NCBI GenBank assembly: GCA_963663805.2 | Contig: CAXXMR010000012.1 | Span: 541,462-605,461, forward strand | DNA: 64,000 bases | From: Sedimentisphaerales bacterium | GTDB taxonomy: Bacteria > Planctomycetota > Phycisphaerae > Sedimentisphaerales > SM23-30 | Direction: 5' to 3' | Shown: positions 47,409-58,249 of the stretch, piece after piece | Numbering within the stretch: the first letter of the stretch is position 1 | Layout of the letters: each line of letters begins with the position of its first letter | The notes under the pieces: generated by a model | The model's database searches: none | Told to the model about the DNA's origin: nothing | What the model saw: the letters and a program-made list of their open reading frames with translations, nothing else | Position numbers and translations under genes: made by a program

Positions 47409-48950
47409 TCAATCAGGCCGAGATTTTACCAGACGTTCTTGCTGACCTGCGCGATTAATAATTGTCATTTTCAAACCTGAACCCGCGAAATCTGCGTTTT
47501 CAACCTCTTTTCGTAGTTCGCCAATAGTGGCGATGGGCCGACCGTTCACCTCTGTTATCAAATCACCCTGCTCCAGACCGCTCCGATGGGCCAGACTGCC
47601 CGGCTGAACCCCTGTGATTATCACGCCTCGATTGTTAGGCCCGAAACCATATTGAGCGGCATTGTCAGCTTTTAGCTGGTTCACCGATATGCCCAGAGTC
47701 GGCTTGTCCTGTGGTATGTCTAATTCGGGGTTAATGTCGCGGAATCGCGGACCCGACAAACCGTTCCCGCGCCGTTGAGCGAAAAACTCCTGTTGGGCAG
47801 CCTTTTCCTGGGCCTGAGCCTCCATGCGGTCCGCCAGAACCATCGATTTTTGCAGCTCCTTGCCGTCCCGCCAAATCGTGAATTCAGCCTTTTCGCCCGG
47901 TCGAATCGTCGCGATATAAGTACGCAATTTCTTGCTGTTTGGCATCTTATGATTATCAACCGCCGTTATTACATCGCCCGGTAAAATCCCTGCGGTATCC
48001 GCCGGCCCGCCTTCGGTTACATTGCTTATCAGAGCCCCTTCCACGCTTTCGGGTATTTTGGCGACCGCGTCCATTATCTGACGCAAATCAGGATGAATCA
48101 TTTCCGGCTCACTTTTACGCAGCCGGTCCAGACTTATCGACACCAGCCCCACACCCATATAACCCCGGCGGACTTCACCATCTTCAATCAAACGTTTAGC
48201 CACAAAGCCGGCGATATTACTCGGTATCGCGAACGCATAGCCTGCCGAAGCACCCGTCGGCGTGAAAATGTGGTCATTAACGCCGATTACCTCGCCATAT
48301 AAATTCACCAGAGGCCCACCGCTGTTGCCCCGGTTAATATCGGCGTTGGTCTGGATGAAATCCTCATAGCCCCAGTTTCTGTCCAGAATCTGAGTCTTGC
48401 GCCCCTTATAGCTGATTATCCCCGAAGTAACCGTCTGTTCTAAACCAAACGGACTGCCCATCGCCAGTACGAAATCGCCTACCTGGGCTTTCTCCGAGTT
48501 GCCAAACTTCGCCACGGGCAGTTTCTGACCTGCCGGGTCAAATTTAATAATTGCCAAATCAGTATCCGGGTCCACAAACACGCCTTCAGCCACATATCGG
48601 CTTTCGTCACTCAGCACCACGGTTACTCTATCCGCGCCATCGACGACATGATTATTGGTCATCACATAACCTCGTTCATCAACGATGAATCCGCTGCCCA
48701 GACCGTCAAACCCCTCGTCGCCGCCAAAGACCGCCTCGCCATCTTTGTGTACCTGAATAAACGCGACTGTCGGCTGAACCATTTCCACCGCCCGGCGAAA
48801 CACATTGTTAAACTGACCTGCCGTTGCCCTTTCCTGCTCGGTTAGAGGTGCACCAGCTGAGGTCAGCCCCCAGCTTTGACCGCAGCCAACCGCCAGATAA
48901 AGACCCAGTACCAGAATCAGAACTTTATTGTTTGTAATAGTATCTCTCAT
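47409..48950 (-). CDS. HtrA/DegP-family serine protease with two PDZ domains
   Basis: GSGFI, TNNHVV, TDLA, INRGNSGGPL; signal peptide. Confidence 0.94.
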   Translation of the reverse strand: MRDTITNNKVLILVLGLYLAVGCGQSWGLTSAGAPLTEQERATAGQFNNVFRRAVEMVQPTVAFIQVHKDGEAVFGGDEGFDGLGSGFIVDERGYVMTNNHVVDGADRVTVVLSDESRYVAEGVFVDPDTDLAIIKFDPAGQKLPVAKFGNSEKAQVGDFVLAMGSPFGLEQTVTSGIISYKGRKTQILDRNWGYEDFIQTNADINRGNSGGPLVNLYGEVIGVNDHIFTPTGASAGYAFAIPSNIAGFVAKRLIEDGEVRRGYMGVGLVSISLDRLRKSEPEMIHPDLRQIMDAVAKIPESVEGALISNVTEGGPADTAGILPGDVITAVDNHKMPNSKKLRTYIATIRPGEKAEFTIWRDGKELQKSMVLADRMEAQAQEKAAQQEFFAQRRGNGLSGPRFRDINPELDIPQDKPTLGISVNQLKADNAAQYGFGPNNRGVIITGVQPGSLAHRSGLEQGDLITEVNGRPIATIGELRKEVENADFAGSGLKMTIINRAGQQERLVKSRPD

Positions 48951-49129
48951 GACCTTACCGCTCCTTGTTTAAGCGATTACAGTGTAATTACAATCACAAA
49001 ACGAGCCCGGACCTACGCCCGACCCGCCTCACACAACCATTATAGAGAGGAAAATCACGCAAAACTTCATACACGCTGGAATAGCAAAAAATGATGTAAC
49101 CATCTTAACCAGAATAGGTTAATTGATTA

Positions 49130-49957
49130 TTATATTTTTTTCGCTTCCTCGTCGCTCATGTGGTAGCAGTGTTCCGAATCGGGAAAAACCCCTTCCCGCA
49201 CTTCCTGCACATATTTACTCGCCGCTGCTGTTATCTGTTCGCCAATCTGAGCGTAAGTCTTGCTGAATTTTGGATATACCGCACCCGGCAGGCCCAGACA
49301 GTCATGCAATACCAGTACCTGACCGTCACAGCCCGGCCCACTGCCGCAACTTATTACCGGAACCGAACTTGCCGCAGTTATCGAACGAGCCACATCCTCC
49401 GTGACACATTCCAGCAGCAGACTCGACACTCCCGCCTCAATCATTAGCTGGGCGTCTTCCATCAAATCACGAGCTGCCCCAGCTTCACGAGTCGTTATCC
49501 GCTTAATATACTGATATTCCGCCTGCGGACGATGCCCCATATGGGCCATAACCGGAATTCCTGCCGCCGTAAGTGCTTTTACCAAATCAAGATGACGCCT
49601 GTCAACTTCCAGCTTCACCGCGTCGCATTCCGCCTGAGCCACAAACCGACCTGCATTGGCTATCGCCTGCTCAATGCTCACCTGATAGCTCAAAAACGGC
49701 ATATCACCCACCAGATAAACATGCGGCGCACCTCGGCGCACCGCCTCGCTTAGAGTGACCATTATGTCCATAGTCGCCGCGTGAGTACTGCCATGGCCCA
49801 GAATCGTCTGGGCCAGCGAATCACCCACCAAAATACTGTCAATCCCCGCCCGCTCCAGCAAAACCGCTGTAGCGTAATCATAACACGTCAACATACTGAT
49901 GGGCCTGCCAGAGTGCTTCCACTCCGCCAGTTTCCCCAAGGTTACCTTCTCGTTCAT
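49130..49957 (-). CDS. panB: 3-methyl-2-oxobutanoate hydroxymethyltransferase
   Basis: LTCYD, LVGDS, DMPFLSY, VKLE, GSGPGCDGQVLV. Confidence 0.96.
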   Translation of the reverse strand: MNEKVTLGKLAEWKHSGRPISMLTCYDYATAVLLERAGIDSILVGDSLAQTILGHGSTHAATMDIMVTLSEAVRRGAPHVYLVGDMPFLSYQVSIEQAIANAGRFVAQAECDAVKLEVDRRHLDLVKALTAAGIPVMAHMGHRPQAEYQYIKRITTREAGAARDLMEDAQLMIEAGVSSLLLECVTEDVARSITAASSVPVISCGSGPGCDGQVLVLHDCLGLPGAVYPKFSKTYAQIGEQITAAASKYVQEVREGVFPDSEHCYHMSDEEAKKI

Positions 49958-50181
49958 CGCTAGTGGCCCTCGTCAAATTCAGCCGTCATAAATCACCTTG
50001 ATTGTACCTTATTACAGCAGCACCGTCCAATCCCCAAACCTCATTAACCGCAACATTTTATCCACGCTGACTCTTGACACCTTTATCGGAAGCCGCTAAA
50101 GTCATTGTTGTAAGTTCATGAGAGTTAATGAGCCCGCGCTTGTCGGAACTCAATGTTCTGCATTATTCAGGAGATTTTACA

Positions 50182-50769
50182 ATGCCTAATATGGACGAAA
50201 TTATTTCCGGTCATTGGTCGGTCAAAGCACTGACTGCTTCGGTTATCCTCATGATTGTCGGTATGGTCGGCAGCATGTTAGGGCCCGGCGAAGCAGCCTA
50301 TTCCACCGATACCCCTTTGAAGTGCATGAATCCCGAATGTGATTACGCTGAGGTGCTTTCACTTGACGATTTCAACGCCTTGCGTGACCAGTATCACCAA
50401 CAATGGGTCGCCGACCCTGCCAATGCCGAGATGCTCCAGTATCTCACCAGCACCATGACCATGGGAATGCCCATGATGATGGATGGCCCCGAAGGAATGG
50501 GCAATCCCGACGATATGATTAGATTCGCCTGGGGCGGTTCGATGTTCACCCCGCAGGGCGAACTGCCCATGCCCCTGCCCTGTCCCAAGTGTAGCCAGAA
50601 GATGGTGTTGCGGGCTATTCAATGTCCCGAATGCGGCGAAATCTTCAAAGTCTCCAACGACCCTAAATATACTGACAAATGTCCCAAGTGCGGATTTAGC
50701 CGTCAGGAAGAACGCTACAAAGAAAAACAGGCCGAAAAGAAGAGCAAGAAGGATAAGAAGAAAAAATAA
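50182..50769 (+). CDS. Hypothetical membrane-anchored protein with four Cys pairs (Zn-ribbon-like)
   Basis: AGGAGA RBS; one TM; CMNPEC, CPKC, CPEC, CPKC; Met-rich insert; Lys-rich tail. Confidence 0.72.
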   Translation: MPNMDEIISGHWSVKALTASVILMIVGMVGSMLGPGEAAYSTDTPLKCMNPECDYAEVLSLDDFNALRDQYHQQWVADPANAEMLQYLTSTMTMGMPMMMDGPEGMGNPDDMIRFAWGGSMFTPQGELPMPLPCPKCSQKMVLRAIQCPECGEIFKVSNDPKYTDKCPKCGFSRQEERYKEKQAEKKSKKDKKKK

Positions 50770-50792
50770 TAAAAACCTGACTATGTTTTGTT

Positions 50793-50836
50793 ATATGCAA
50801 GGAGCGAGACCTTACCGGGTCGCGTTCCTTTGTATA
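50793..50836. terminator. Hairpin between convergent genes
   Basis: CAAGGAGCGAGACC...GGTCGCGTTCCTTTG imperfect inverted repeat. Confidence 0.5.
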
Positions 50837-50841
50837 TGCAG

Positions 50842-51855
50842 CTATATTTTTCTGCCCATAAATTCCGCTAATCGTTTCAGTTCTGCCATCAACCCCGCGA
50901 AATCATCACAAGTCTGAGCCTGGGCCCCATCGCACAATGCTTCTTCCGGGCAGGGATGTGCTTCTATCATCACGCCGTCGGCACCAATCGCCGCCGCCGC
51001 CCGTGCCAAAGGCCCTACCGCCCATTTTTTGCCCGTGCCGTGCGATGGGTCCACAATCACCGGCAGATGCGATAAGTGCTTCATCGCCACTGCCGCTGAT
51101 AAATCCTGCGTGTTCCGCGTTACCGTTTCAAACGTTCGTATCCCCCGTTCGCACAGAATAATATTATAATTCCCCTGATTCGATATATATTCCGCCGCTT
51201 GCAGCATTTCTTCGACCGTTGCGCTCATGCCTTTTTTCAGCATAACCGGCTTATCAATCTTTCCTGCCGCTTGTAAAAGCGAAAAATTCTGCATATTCCG
51301 TGCCCCAATCTGCACCACATCAGCGTATCGCGCCACCAATTCCAGCGTCTCCACGTCTTTGGCCTCAGTTACAATCGCCAATCCCGTTTCATCCCGCGCC
51401 TCAGCCAGAATCTTCAACCCCTCTTCCGCCAGCCCCTGAAAACTGTAAGGATTCGTCCGTGGTTTGAACGCTCCGCCCCGCAGCAGATGAGCCCCCGCCG
51501 CTTTGACCGCCCGGGCCGCTTTGAGAACCTGTTCCCGCGATTCCACCGAGCAGGGCCCCGCGATCACCGTAAAAGTATTCGGCCCAATCTCATGACTGCC
51601 AACCTTGATTGTCGTATCCTCAGGCTTGACCTCACGCGATACCAGTTTATACGGATGAGATACCCGTACACACTCAGCGATACCTTCCAGAAACGCAAAA
51701 TTCTCCGAATCGATAGCACCCTGATTACCCGTTATACCTATCGCCACCCGCATACTGCCCGGCAGCTGATGGGGCGAAAACCCCAACTGACGTACCCGCT
51801 GACAAACCTTGTCTATCTGTTCCGCCGTCGCCGTATTCTGCATTACTATCAGCAT
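50842..51855 (-). CDS. aroF: DAHP synthase type I-beta with N-terminal regulatory domain
   Basis: IAGPCSVES, RGGAFKPRT.PYSFQG, QIGARNMQNF, DPSHG. Confidence 0.95.
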   Translation of the reverse strand: MLIVMQNTATAEQIDKVCQRVRQLGFSPHQLPGSMRVAIGITGNQGAIDSENFAFLEGIAECVRVSHPYKLVSREVKPEDTTIKVGSHEIGPNTFTVIAGPCSVESREQVLKAARAVKAAGAHLLRGGAFKPRTNPYSFQGLAEEGLKILAEARDETGLAIVTEAKDVETLELVARYADVVQIGARNMQNFSLLQAAGKIDKPVMLKKGMSATVEEMLQAAEYISNQGNYNIILCERGIRTFETVTRNTQDLSAAVAMKHLSHLPVIVDPSHGTGKKWAVGPLARAAAAIGADGVMIEAHPCPEEALCDGAQAQTCDDFAGLMAELKRLAEFMGRKI

Positions 51856-52012
51856 TGTTTACCCTTTAGTTCGTAACCATTTCTTGTCCTCCCCCATTAT
51901 ATCGGCATCCCAACCCCCTGAAAACAATATATCCAGTTGCCCTGAAATCATAAATCATTGACAGAACCGCCTGCACCCTCTAATCTGGCATACCAGCAAC
52001 AGGGACAAAAAA

Positions 52013-52831
52013 ATGCCGCAAACCATAATTACACGCTGGCTCCAAAACCTTATCGGGTTTGGCCAATTCTGGGCATTCGTCGCCCGGGTTTTCGTCAACT
52101 GGGCCATAGTGCCCCGCCAGGGCCGACCCTCAATCACTCGTAACCGCGTCTGGTCCCAGATGTACGAGATCGGCACCCGTTCTGTTTCGGTCGTAATGAT
52201 TACCGGAGCGTTTGTCGGCATGACCCTGGCCGTGCAGGGCTACGCCCAGTTCGAAGGTGTCGGACTCGCCGACCGGCTCGGTACCGTCATCAATATTGCC
52301 GTTGTCAAAGAGCTCGGCCCGGTACTGGCTGCACTCATGCTTGCCGGTCGCGTCGGCGGCGCACTTACCGCCGAACTCGGTACTATGCAGGTCACCGAAC
52401 AAATCGACGCACTAAGAGTTATGGGAGCCGACCCACTCAAAACCCTGGTCGTCCCCCGACTACTCGCCTGCATTTTGCTCACCCCGTTTCTGACTATCTA
52501 CGCCGACCTCATGGGTGTCATCGGCGGATACATCATCAGCGTCTGGCACTTCGGGGTCAACAGCGAAGCCTTCTGGCGCTTCAGTGCCGACGGCGTCGAA
52601 AAATGGGATATTATGGTCGGACTGGTCAAAAGTATTTTCTTCGGGGCCGGCATCGCCCTCATAAGCTGCTATAATGGTTTCAACTGCTCACGAGGCGCTC
52701 AAGGTGTGGGCCGCGCCTGCACTATCGCTTTCGTGCAGAGTTTTCTTATGATACTCATCGTCGATTTTGCCCTGGCTATCATCTTCCAGGTCTTCTATGA
52801 AACATTTTGGACCGTAAAACTGCTTATCTGA
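52013..52831 (+). CDS. mlaE: MlaE family ABC permease
   Basis: KELGPVL, AGRVGG...AELGTM.VTEQIDAL. Confidence 0.92.
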   Translation: MPQTIITRWLQNLIGFGQFWAFVARVFVNWAIVPRQGRPSITRNRVWSQMYEIGTRSVSVVMITGAFVGMTLAVQGYAQFEGVGLADRLGTVINIAVVKELGPVLAALMLAGRVGGALTAELGTMQVTEQIDALRVMGADPLKTLVVPRLLACILLTPFLTIYADLMGVIGGYIISVWHFGVNSEAFWRFSADGVEKWDIMVGLVKSIFFGAGIALISCYNGFNCSRGAQGVGRACTIAFVQSFLMILIVDFALAIIFQVFYETFWTVKLLI

Positions 52832-52845
52832 CCCGGAGCTGAAAT

Positions 52846-53604
52846 TTGACCGACAATAATCAAAAAATCTTTTTCGAACTCCAGAAAGTGACCAAGCGTC
52901 TCGCCGGCCAAAGAGTCATCGACCGCATGGACCTCCAGATATTCGCTGGCTGCAACACCGTTATAATTGGACCATCCGGCTGCGGCAAAAGCGTACTGCT
53001 CAAACACCTCATTGGCCTGATGAAACCCGACCGCGGTTGCGTACTTTTCGACGGACAGCGTACCGACAACCTCAACGAAGTAAAACTACTGCCCATGCGC
53101 AAACGCTGCGGTTTTCTTTTTCAGGGCGGCGCACTTTTCGACAGCGAAACCGTCGCTGGCAATGTCTCGTTTCCGCTGCTCCAGCATACCGATTACTCAT
53201 CTCAGAAAATCCGTGAGATTGTCGCCGAAAAACTCGAAATGGTCGGGATGGCCGGCAGCGAAAACCGAATGCCCGCCGAACTGTCAGGAGGCCAGCAAAA
53301 ACGTATCGCCCTGGCTCGCGCCATCGCGCTTTCTCCGGAAATTGTCTTCTACGATGAACCTACTACCGGCCTGGACCCTATTCGCGCCGAATCAATCAAT
53401 GACCTGATTCTCAAACTTCAGCACGAGCTGAAAATAAGCTCTATAATTGTCACTCACGACATGAACAGCGCCTATCGAATCGCCGACCGTATCATCATGC
53501 TCGGTAAAGGACGCATCATAGCCGACGGGACCCCCAACGAAATACGCAGCAGCAAAGATGAACAGGTACTGCGTTTTATCCAGGGCCGTGCAGAAAAAAA
53601 ATAA
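52846..53604 (+). CDS. mlaF: MlaF family ABC ATPase
   Basis: GPSGCGKS, FQGGALFDS, LSGGQQKR, YDEPTTGLDP. Confidence 0.92.
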   Translation: MTDNNQKIFFELQKVTKRLAGQRVIDRMDLQIFAGCNTVIIGPSGCGKSVLLKHLIGLMKPDRGCVLFDGQRTDNLNEVKLLPMRKRCGFLFQGGALFDSETVAGNVSFPLLQHTDYSSQKIREIVAEKLEMVGMAGSENRMPAELSGGQQKRIALARAIALSPEIVFYDEPTTGLDPIRAESINDLILKLQHELKISSIIVTHDMNSAYRIADRIIMLGKGRIIADGTPNEIRSSKDEQVLRFIQGRAEKK

Positions 53605-53624
53605 TCAGAACAAGGATCTGAACC

Positions 53625-54695
53625 ATGAATAGTGATAGAAGAAATATGCTCGTAGGTGTATTTGTTTTCATCGGCCTGGTCGCGCTCGGCTGGCTTATCT
53701 TTAAGTTTCAGGATTTTCCCGCCTGGATCAGCGGTTACGACGCAACCCACGTTACCGTTTATTTCCCCGAAGCCCCCGGTGTTCAGGAAAACACTTCAGT
53801 TCTGTTCCGCGGTTATAATGTCGGACGAGTTACCAGCGTCGAACCGCCTCGCCTGCTGCCCGACCTCGACGACCCCCAAAAAAACGATTATCAGGTTGCT
53901 ATTCACCTCGGTATTTCGTTAGAACACAAAATTCCCCAAAACGTCCATCCTAAAGTTTTCAAGAGGGGACTGGGCGGAAGCTACGTCGATTTGGTTATCG
54001 AGCCGACCGTTATCCCCGCCCCAACATTTCTCGCTGACGGTGACCAGATAAAAGGTATACTGTCAGAAGGTAGCGACTTTATTTCCGAAAGCACCCAGCG
54101 AAAACTCGACGGACTTATCAATTCACTTACCGAACTTTCCAACCAGCTCCAGTTTCAGCTAACGCCCCTGCCCCCCGATGTCGTCGACCAGGCCGACCCC
54201 GAAAAAGTACACGCCAACATCACCACCGCCGTTATGAGACTCGACCAGACCCTCAAGCATGTCAACGTTTTTGTCGGCGACCCCGAAAATCAGCACAACA
54301 TCAAGAAAGGTCTCGCCGAATTCGTGAAGTTCACCGAAGAGCTGCGTACCATCGCTCAGTCGGCCCGACAACTCGTCGATAACTCCGATGCTTTCGTCAG
54401 AAAAGGCAACGACACTCTTGATACCGTAGACACCGCCGCCCAACAGTTCACCACCAGCGTAAAAGAAATGGGGACATCAATACAAAACACCGCCGACCAG
54501 CTCGCCGCCAACCTCGAACAAATCCGACCCGCCCTCCAGAAACTTTCCAACGGCGAAGGGACCGCCGGAAAAATGCTTACCGACCCCGAACTCTACGAAT
54601 CTCTAACCGACCTGACCCAGAGACTGTCCCTGGCTGCGGACGAATTCCGTGAACTTATGGATAACTGGAATAAAAAAGGAGTGAAACTTCGCTAA
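53625..54695 (+). CDS. MCE/MlaD family protein with coiled-coil tail
   Basis: N-terminal TM, F.EAPGV..V.FRG.NVGRV MCE domain, GEGTAGKML.DPELY. Confidence 0.9.
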   Translation: MNSDRRNMLVGVFVFIGLVALGWLIFKFQDFPAWISGYDATHVTVYFPEAPGVQENTSVLFRGYNVGRVTSVEPPRLLPDLDDPQKNDYQVAIHLGISLEHKIPQNVHPKVFKRGLGGSYVDLVIEPTVIPAPTFLADGDQIKGILSEGSDFISESTQRKLDGLINSLTELSNQLQFQLTPLPPDVVDQADPEKVHANITTAVMRLDQTLKHVNVFVGDPENQHNIKKGLAEFVKFTEELRTIAQSARQLVDNSDAFVRKGNDTLDTVDTAAQQFTTSVKEMGTSIQNTADQLAANLEQIRPALQKLSNGEGTAGKMLTDPELYESLTDLTQRLSLAADEFRELMDNWNKKGVKLR

Positions 54696-54711
54696 TAATA
54701 TTTCTGAAAAA

Positions 54712-55134
54712 TCAGAACCCCGGTATTACCAGATACATACCAACCTGAATCGCGTCCGGGCTTTTCAGATGTCCCTGATTTGCTTTGTAAATGTCATCCC
54801 ACTTGCTGCGGTCACCATAATATTTATCGGCGATCGAACTAAGCGTCTCACCCGACCGTACCACATGTTCACTTGGGCTAACCCTGGCTGTACTCGGATG
54901 CAGCTGCGTCAACCCCGGTTCCGGTTCCGCCCGAAACTCATCGCGGGTCGGTATCAAACTCCACATCGGTCGATATGGTGCCCCCGCCAAAGTCTGCTCC
55001 CCCGCTTCGCTGTATTTTTTATCCCACAGCTTACCCGAATCTGCCCTGTGACCACAGCCCCAAAGACCTGGCAACAGCATCCCCGCTCCAACCAGTAGTA
55101 TCAACTTCGATTTTCTAAGTTTCAAAATCATCAT
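54712..55134 (-). CDS. LysM domain lipoprotein
   Basis: LWGC lipobox; HVVRSGETLSSIA..YYG...W..IY.AN...I.VG..L.IP. Confidence 0.87.
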   Translation of the reverse strand: MMILKLRKSKLILLVGAGMLLPGLWGCGHRADSGKLWDKKYSEAGEQTLAGAPYRPMWSLIPTRDEFRAEPEPGLTQLHPSTARVSPSEHVVRSGETLSSIADKYYGDRSKWDDIYKANQGHLKSPDAIQVGMYLVIPGF

Positions 55135-55780
55135 CACGGCTTGGCCGAACCAACTCCACAAAACGACAATAACACAATACCGTCTCCACAGTACTGTTAT
55201 CGACCTCTTTTTCTATCAACAATAGCTTTTCCGCTCCACCCCGGCGAAAAGGACCCACCAGTTTCCCACCCGCCTTCAGTTGATTCAGCAAACCCACAGG
55301 CACATCATCACTTACCGCTGACACGATAATTTTGTCAAATTCCCTATAATCAGGCCAACCCGCCCAGCCGTTACCGATACGAAATTCAATGTTCCGATAA
55401 CCAAACTCGTCCAGTACCTCACGAGCCCGCTCTGCTAGCGCCGTCCGCACCTCAATCGAGTAAACCCGCTCTGCCAGAGTTGCCAGTATCGCCGTCTGAT
55501 ACCCGCTGCCCGTCCCCACATCCAGCACCGAATCACCCGGTTGAATCTGCAAACTCGCCGTCATTAGCGCCACGATATAAGGCTGCGATATGGTCTGCCC
55601 CTCACCAATCGCCACCGGCCCGTCACTATAAGCCGAACTCACCTTGTCAGCCGGCAAGAACAACTCCCGTGCCAACCGACCCATAGCAGACAGCACCCGC
55701 TGGTCAGTTATACCACGCCGCACCAACTGCTCTGCCACCATCCACGCCCGTTTCTGGGCATCTGACAGTCCTTTTGCCAT
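55115..55780 (-). CDS. pcm: Protein-L-isoaspartate O-methyltransferase
   Basis: IGEGQTISQPY, VLDVGTGSGYQ, QLKAGG, FVEL. Confidence 0.95.
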   Translation of the reverse strand: MAKGLSDAQKRAWMVAEQLVRRGITDQRVLSAMGRLARELFLPADKVSSAYSDGPVAIGEGQTISQPYIVALMTASLQIQPGDSVLDVGTGSGYQTAILATLAERVYSIEVRTALAERAREVLDEFGYRNIEFRIGNGWAGWPDYREFDKIIVSAVSDDVPVGLLNQLKAGGKLVGPFRRGGAEKLLLIEKEVDNSTVETVLCYCRFVELVRPSRDDDFET

Positions 55781-55795
55781 TTCAATAATTTACTA

Positions 55796-57322
55796 TTACC
55801 ACGGATTACGCCGCGGCAAACGAGCAACAACCTTCTCCAAATATCCCAGAAGTTTGTCCTTAAGCTCCGCGGCCTTTTCCGGCATTGCTTTGCTCAAGTC
55901 ATTCTGCTCACTCAAATCCTTTGCTAGATTATAAAGTTCAACATTCCCATCCTCATAAAAATAAATCAGTTTATAATCACCTTGCCGTATCGCCGATTGC
56001 GGTTTGGTCTGGCTGATATAGCCATCATTAATTCCAATCTTAGCGGGAATCTCAAAATAATCACCCCGCCAGTGATAGTACGGAAAATGCCAGTACAACG
56101 CCCGCCCGTCCAGCTTCTTCGATTTCGGATTCTCTATTACCGCGCGAATACTCTGCCCGTCCAGTTCCGACTCACCGGCAACCTTGACACCTGTAACATC
56201 GCAATAGGTTTGCAGCAAATCAGTAGAAACAACCGGAACATCAGTAACCGTCCCTGGTTTCGTTACGCCCGGCCAACGCACCATAAACGGCACGCGAATC
56301 CCGCCTTCGTATAGATTCCACTTACTGCCCCGCAGCGGCGCGTTGAATGCGTGTACCGGATGGCCGCCGTTATCCGAAGTAAATACCAACAGCGTATTAT
56401 CTGTCAAACCCTGCCCGTCAATCGCCTCCAGCAACTGGCCCACATAATAGTCCATCGTTTCCACAAACGCGGCGTACAAAATACGTTTATCGGAATAATC
56501 AAGGCCCATCCGCTCAGCTTTAGCCTGATACTTCTTCAAAAGCCATTCGCACTTCGTGCCCAGCGGGTCATGAACATAATAATGACTCACAAAAAGGAAA
56601 AATGGCCCGTCCTTATTTTCCTTCATAAACTGTATCGCTTTTTGCGTCAGCTCATCTTCCGGAAACTCGCCTTCCTTGTAATCACCGAACTTGCCCTTTT
56701 CCGATTTCTTATACCTATAAGGATGTGACCCGCGAGTCTCCGTCCCCCAATCGAAACCCTGCTGCAAAGGCCCGTAGGTATTACTCCAGCCATTGTATCC
56801 GCCATGATGACCCGCACAATGCCATTTGCCCGTTATCCCCGATACATAACCCGCCGCCTTTAACCGCTCCGGTATCGTTACTTCCTCCAGAGGCATATTA
56901 ATCGTAAACGGCGGCGGTGTCAGTTTCCAGTCAGCCCACTGCTTACGCCATTCGTCGTTCCAGTCAAAATGCATATCCTCGTCTTTTGTTACAAATTCAA
57001 AGTTCAGACGTGCCGGGGTCTTACCCGTCATAAACGAGGCCCGCGCCGGCGAACATATCGCCGAAGCTGAATAGCCGCTCGTAAACTTCAACCCCTGACT
57101 TGCCAGACGGTCAATATTGGGAGTCTCGCAAAATTCATTGCCATAACAACCTAAATCTGCATACCCCAAATCATCAATCAGAATATGTATGATATTTAGC
57201 GGCTTGTAGTTTTGCTTTCCCCCCGCCCTGCTCGCACATCCTGCCAGCCCCAACCCCGCGATAGCTAAACCGCTGTGTTTCAAAAAATCACGACGCGAAA
57301 TGTCGAATGCACGTGCCATCAT
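55796..57322 (-). CDS. Sulfatase (Cys-type, Tat-exported)
   Basis: SRRDFLK Tat signal, DDLGY, CSPAR (CxPxR), GKWH, SDNGG, YEGGIRVP. Confidence 0.95.
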   Translation of the reverse strand: MMARAFDISRRDFLKHSGLAIAGLGLAGCASRAGGKQNYKPLNIIHILIDDLGYADLGCYGNEFCETPNIDRLASQGLKFTSGYSASAICSPARASFMTGKTPARLNFEFVTKDEDMHFDWNDEWRKQWADWKLTPPPFTINMPLEEVTIPERLKAAGYVSGITGKWHCAGHHGGYNGWSNTYGPLQQGFDWGTETRGSHPYRYKKSEKGKFGDYKEGEFPEDELTQKAIQFMKENKDGPFFLFVSHYYVHDPLGTKCEWLLKKYQAKAERMGLDYSDKRILYAAFVETMDYYVGQLLEAIDGQGLTDNTLLVFTSDNGGHPVHAFNAPLRGSKWNLYEGGIRVPFMVRWPGVTKPGTVTDVPVVSTDLLQTYCDVTGVKVAGESELDGQSIRAVIENPKSKKLDGRALYWHFPYYHWRGDYFEIPAKIGINDGYISQTKPQSAIRQGDYKLIYFYEDGNVELYNLAKDLSEQNDLSKAMPEKAAELKDKLLGYLEKVVARLPRRNPW

Positions 57323-57356
57323 ATTTCCTTTCGTTTCTCGAAAAAATATTTGCTGC

Positions 57357-58211
57357 TTATTGCTGTTTTTTCAATCCTACCACCGCGATCTTATACTTAT
57401 CCGCCAACGCCAGCAGCTCTTCCTTATCAACCATAAAAGTAACCCCCGCCTCAACCGCCAGACAACCTGACCCGTTACGATGCAGATTCTCAATTGTCCC
57501 CACCCCAATCGTCGGAACATCAAAACGCATATCCTGGCGCGGCTTGGCAACCTTAATCAATGTCCACCCACCGCTCTTGCACAGCTTGCCCGCCCGCTCC
57601 ACCATCTCATCGGTACCCTCAATCGCCTCAACCGCGATTACTTCCTGCTCCTTCACCGCAATAGCCTGACCAATATCCAGCCGCCCCATCTCCTTGACAA
57701 TCTGCCAGCCGAACTCAATATCTTTCAGTACTGCCTCACTCGGTGCCCGCCGTGTCATCACCCCTTCGGCAGCCATTTCCTCTTTGCAATATCGCGTCGA
57801 ATCCACCAGAACAATACCTCCCGTCGCCAGCTCATCAGCCAGCGCCGCCAGCAAACTGTCATTTCGCTTATCCAGTTTCCGCAGTCGACCATACCATAAC
57901 CGAAATGCCCGCCAGTCTGGTCGATAATGCCATATCCGCCAACGCGTATACATCTTGCGTTTCGATACGCGGCCAACCATAATCGTTTCGTTCACCCCAT
58001 GCCGGCGCAAAAATCTAATCCACGCGCCCGGACGAGCCAGCCCAACTTCCCGAAACTCATCAACCTCACCAGACAACTCCGGCTCAACCTGACCCGCCAG
58101 CCCCGCGCAAACCACCCGCAGACCAGCCTTGCGAGCGCCAGCAGCCACCATAAAAGGCAACCGACCCTCACCCGCAATCAAACCAATGACTTGTCCGCCA
58201 AAATCCGTCAC
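57357..58211 (-). CDS. lpxI: UDP-2,3-diacylglucosamine diphosphatase LpxI
   Basis: GLIAGEGRLP, LDIGQ, AVEAIEGTD, KPRQDMRFDVPTIG. Confidence 0.92.
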   Translation of the reverse strand: MTDFGGQVIGLIAGEGRLPFMVAAGARKAGLRVVCAGLAGQVEPELSGEVDEFREVGLARPGAWIRFLRRHGVNETIMVGRVSKRKMYTRWRIWHYRPDWRAFRLWYGRLRKLDKRNDSLLAALADELATGGIVLVDSTRYCKEEMAAEGVMTRRAPSEAVLKDIEFGWQIVKEMGRLDIGQAIAVKEQEVIAVEAIEGTDEMVERAGKLCKSGGWTLIKVAKPRQDMRFDVPTIGVGTIENLHRNGSGCLAVEAGVTFMVDKEELLALADKYKIAVVGLKKQQ

Positions 58212-58249
58212 TTAAAAACAATTCATAAGAGTGGACCACGCCCACGCCG

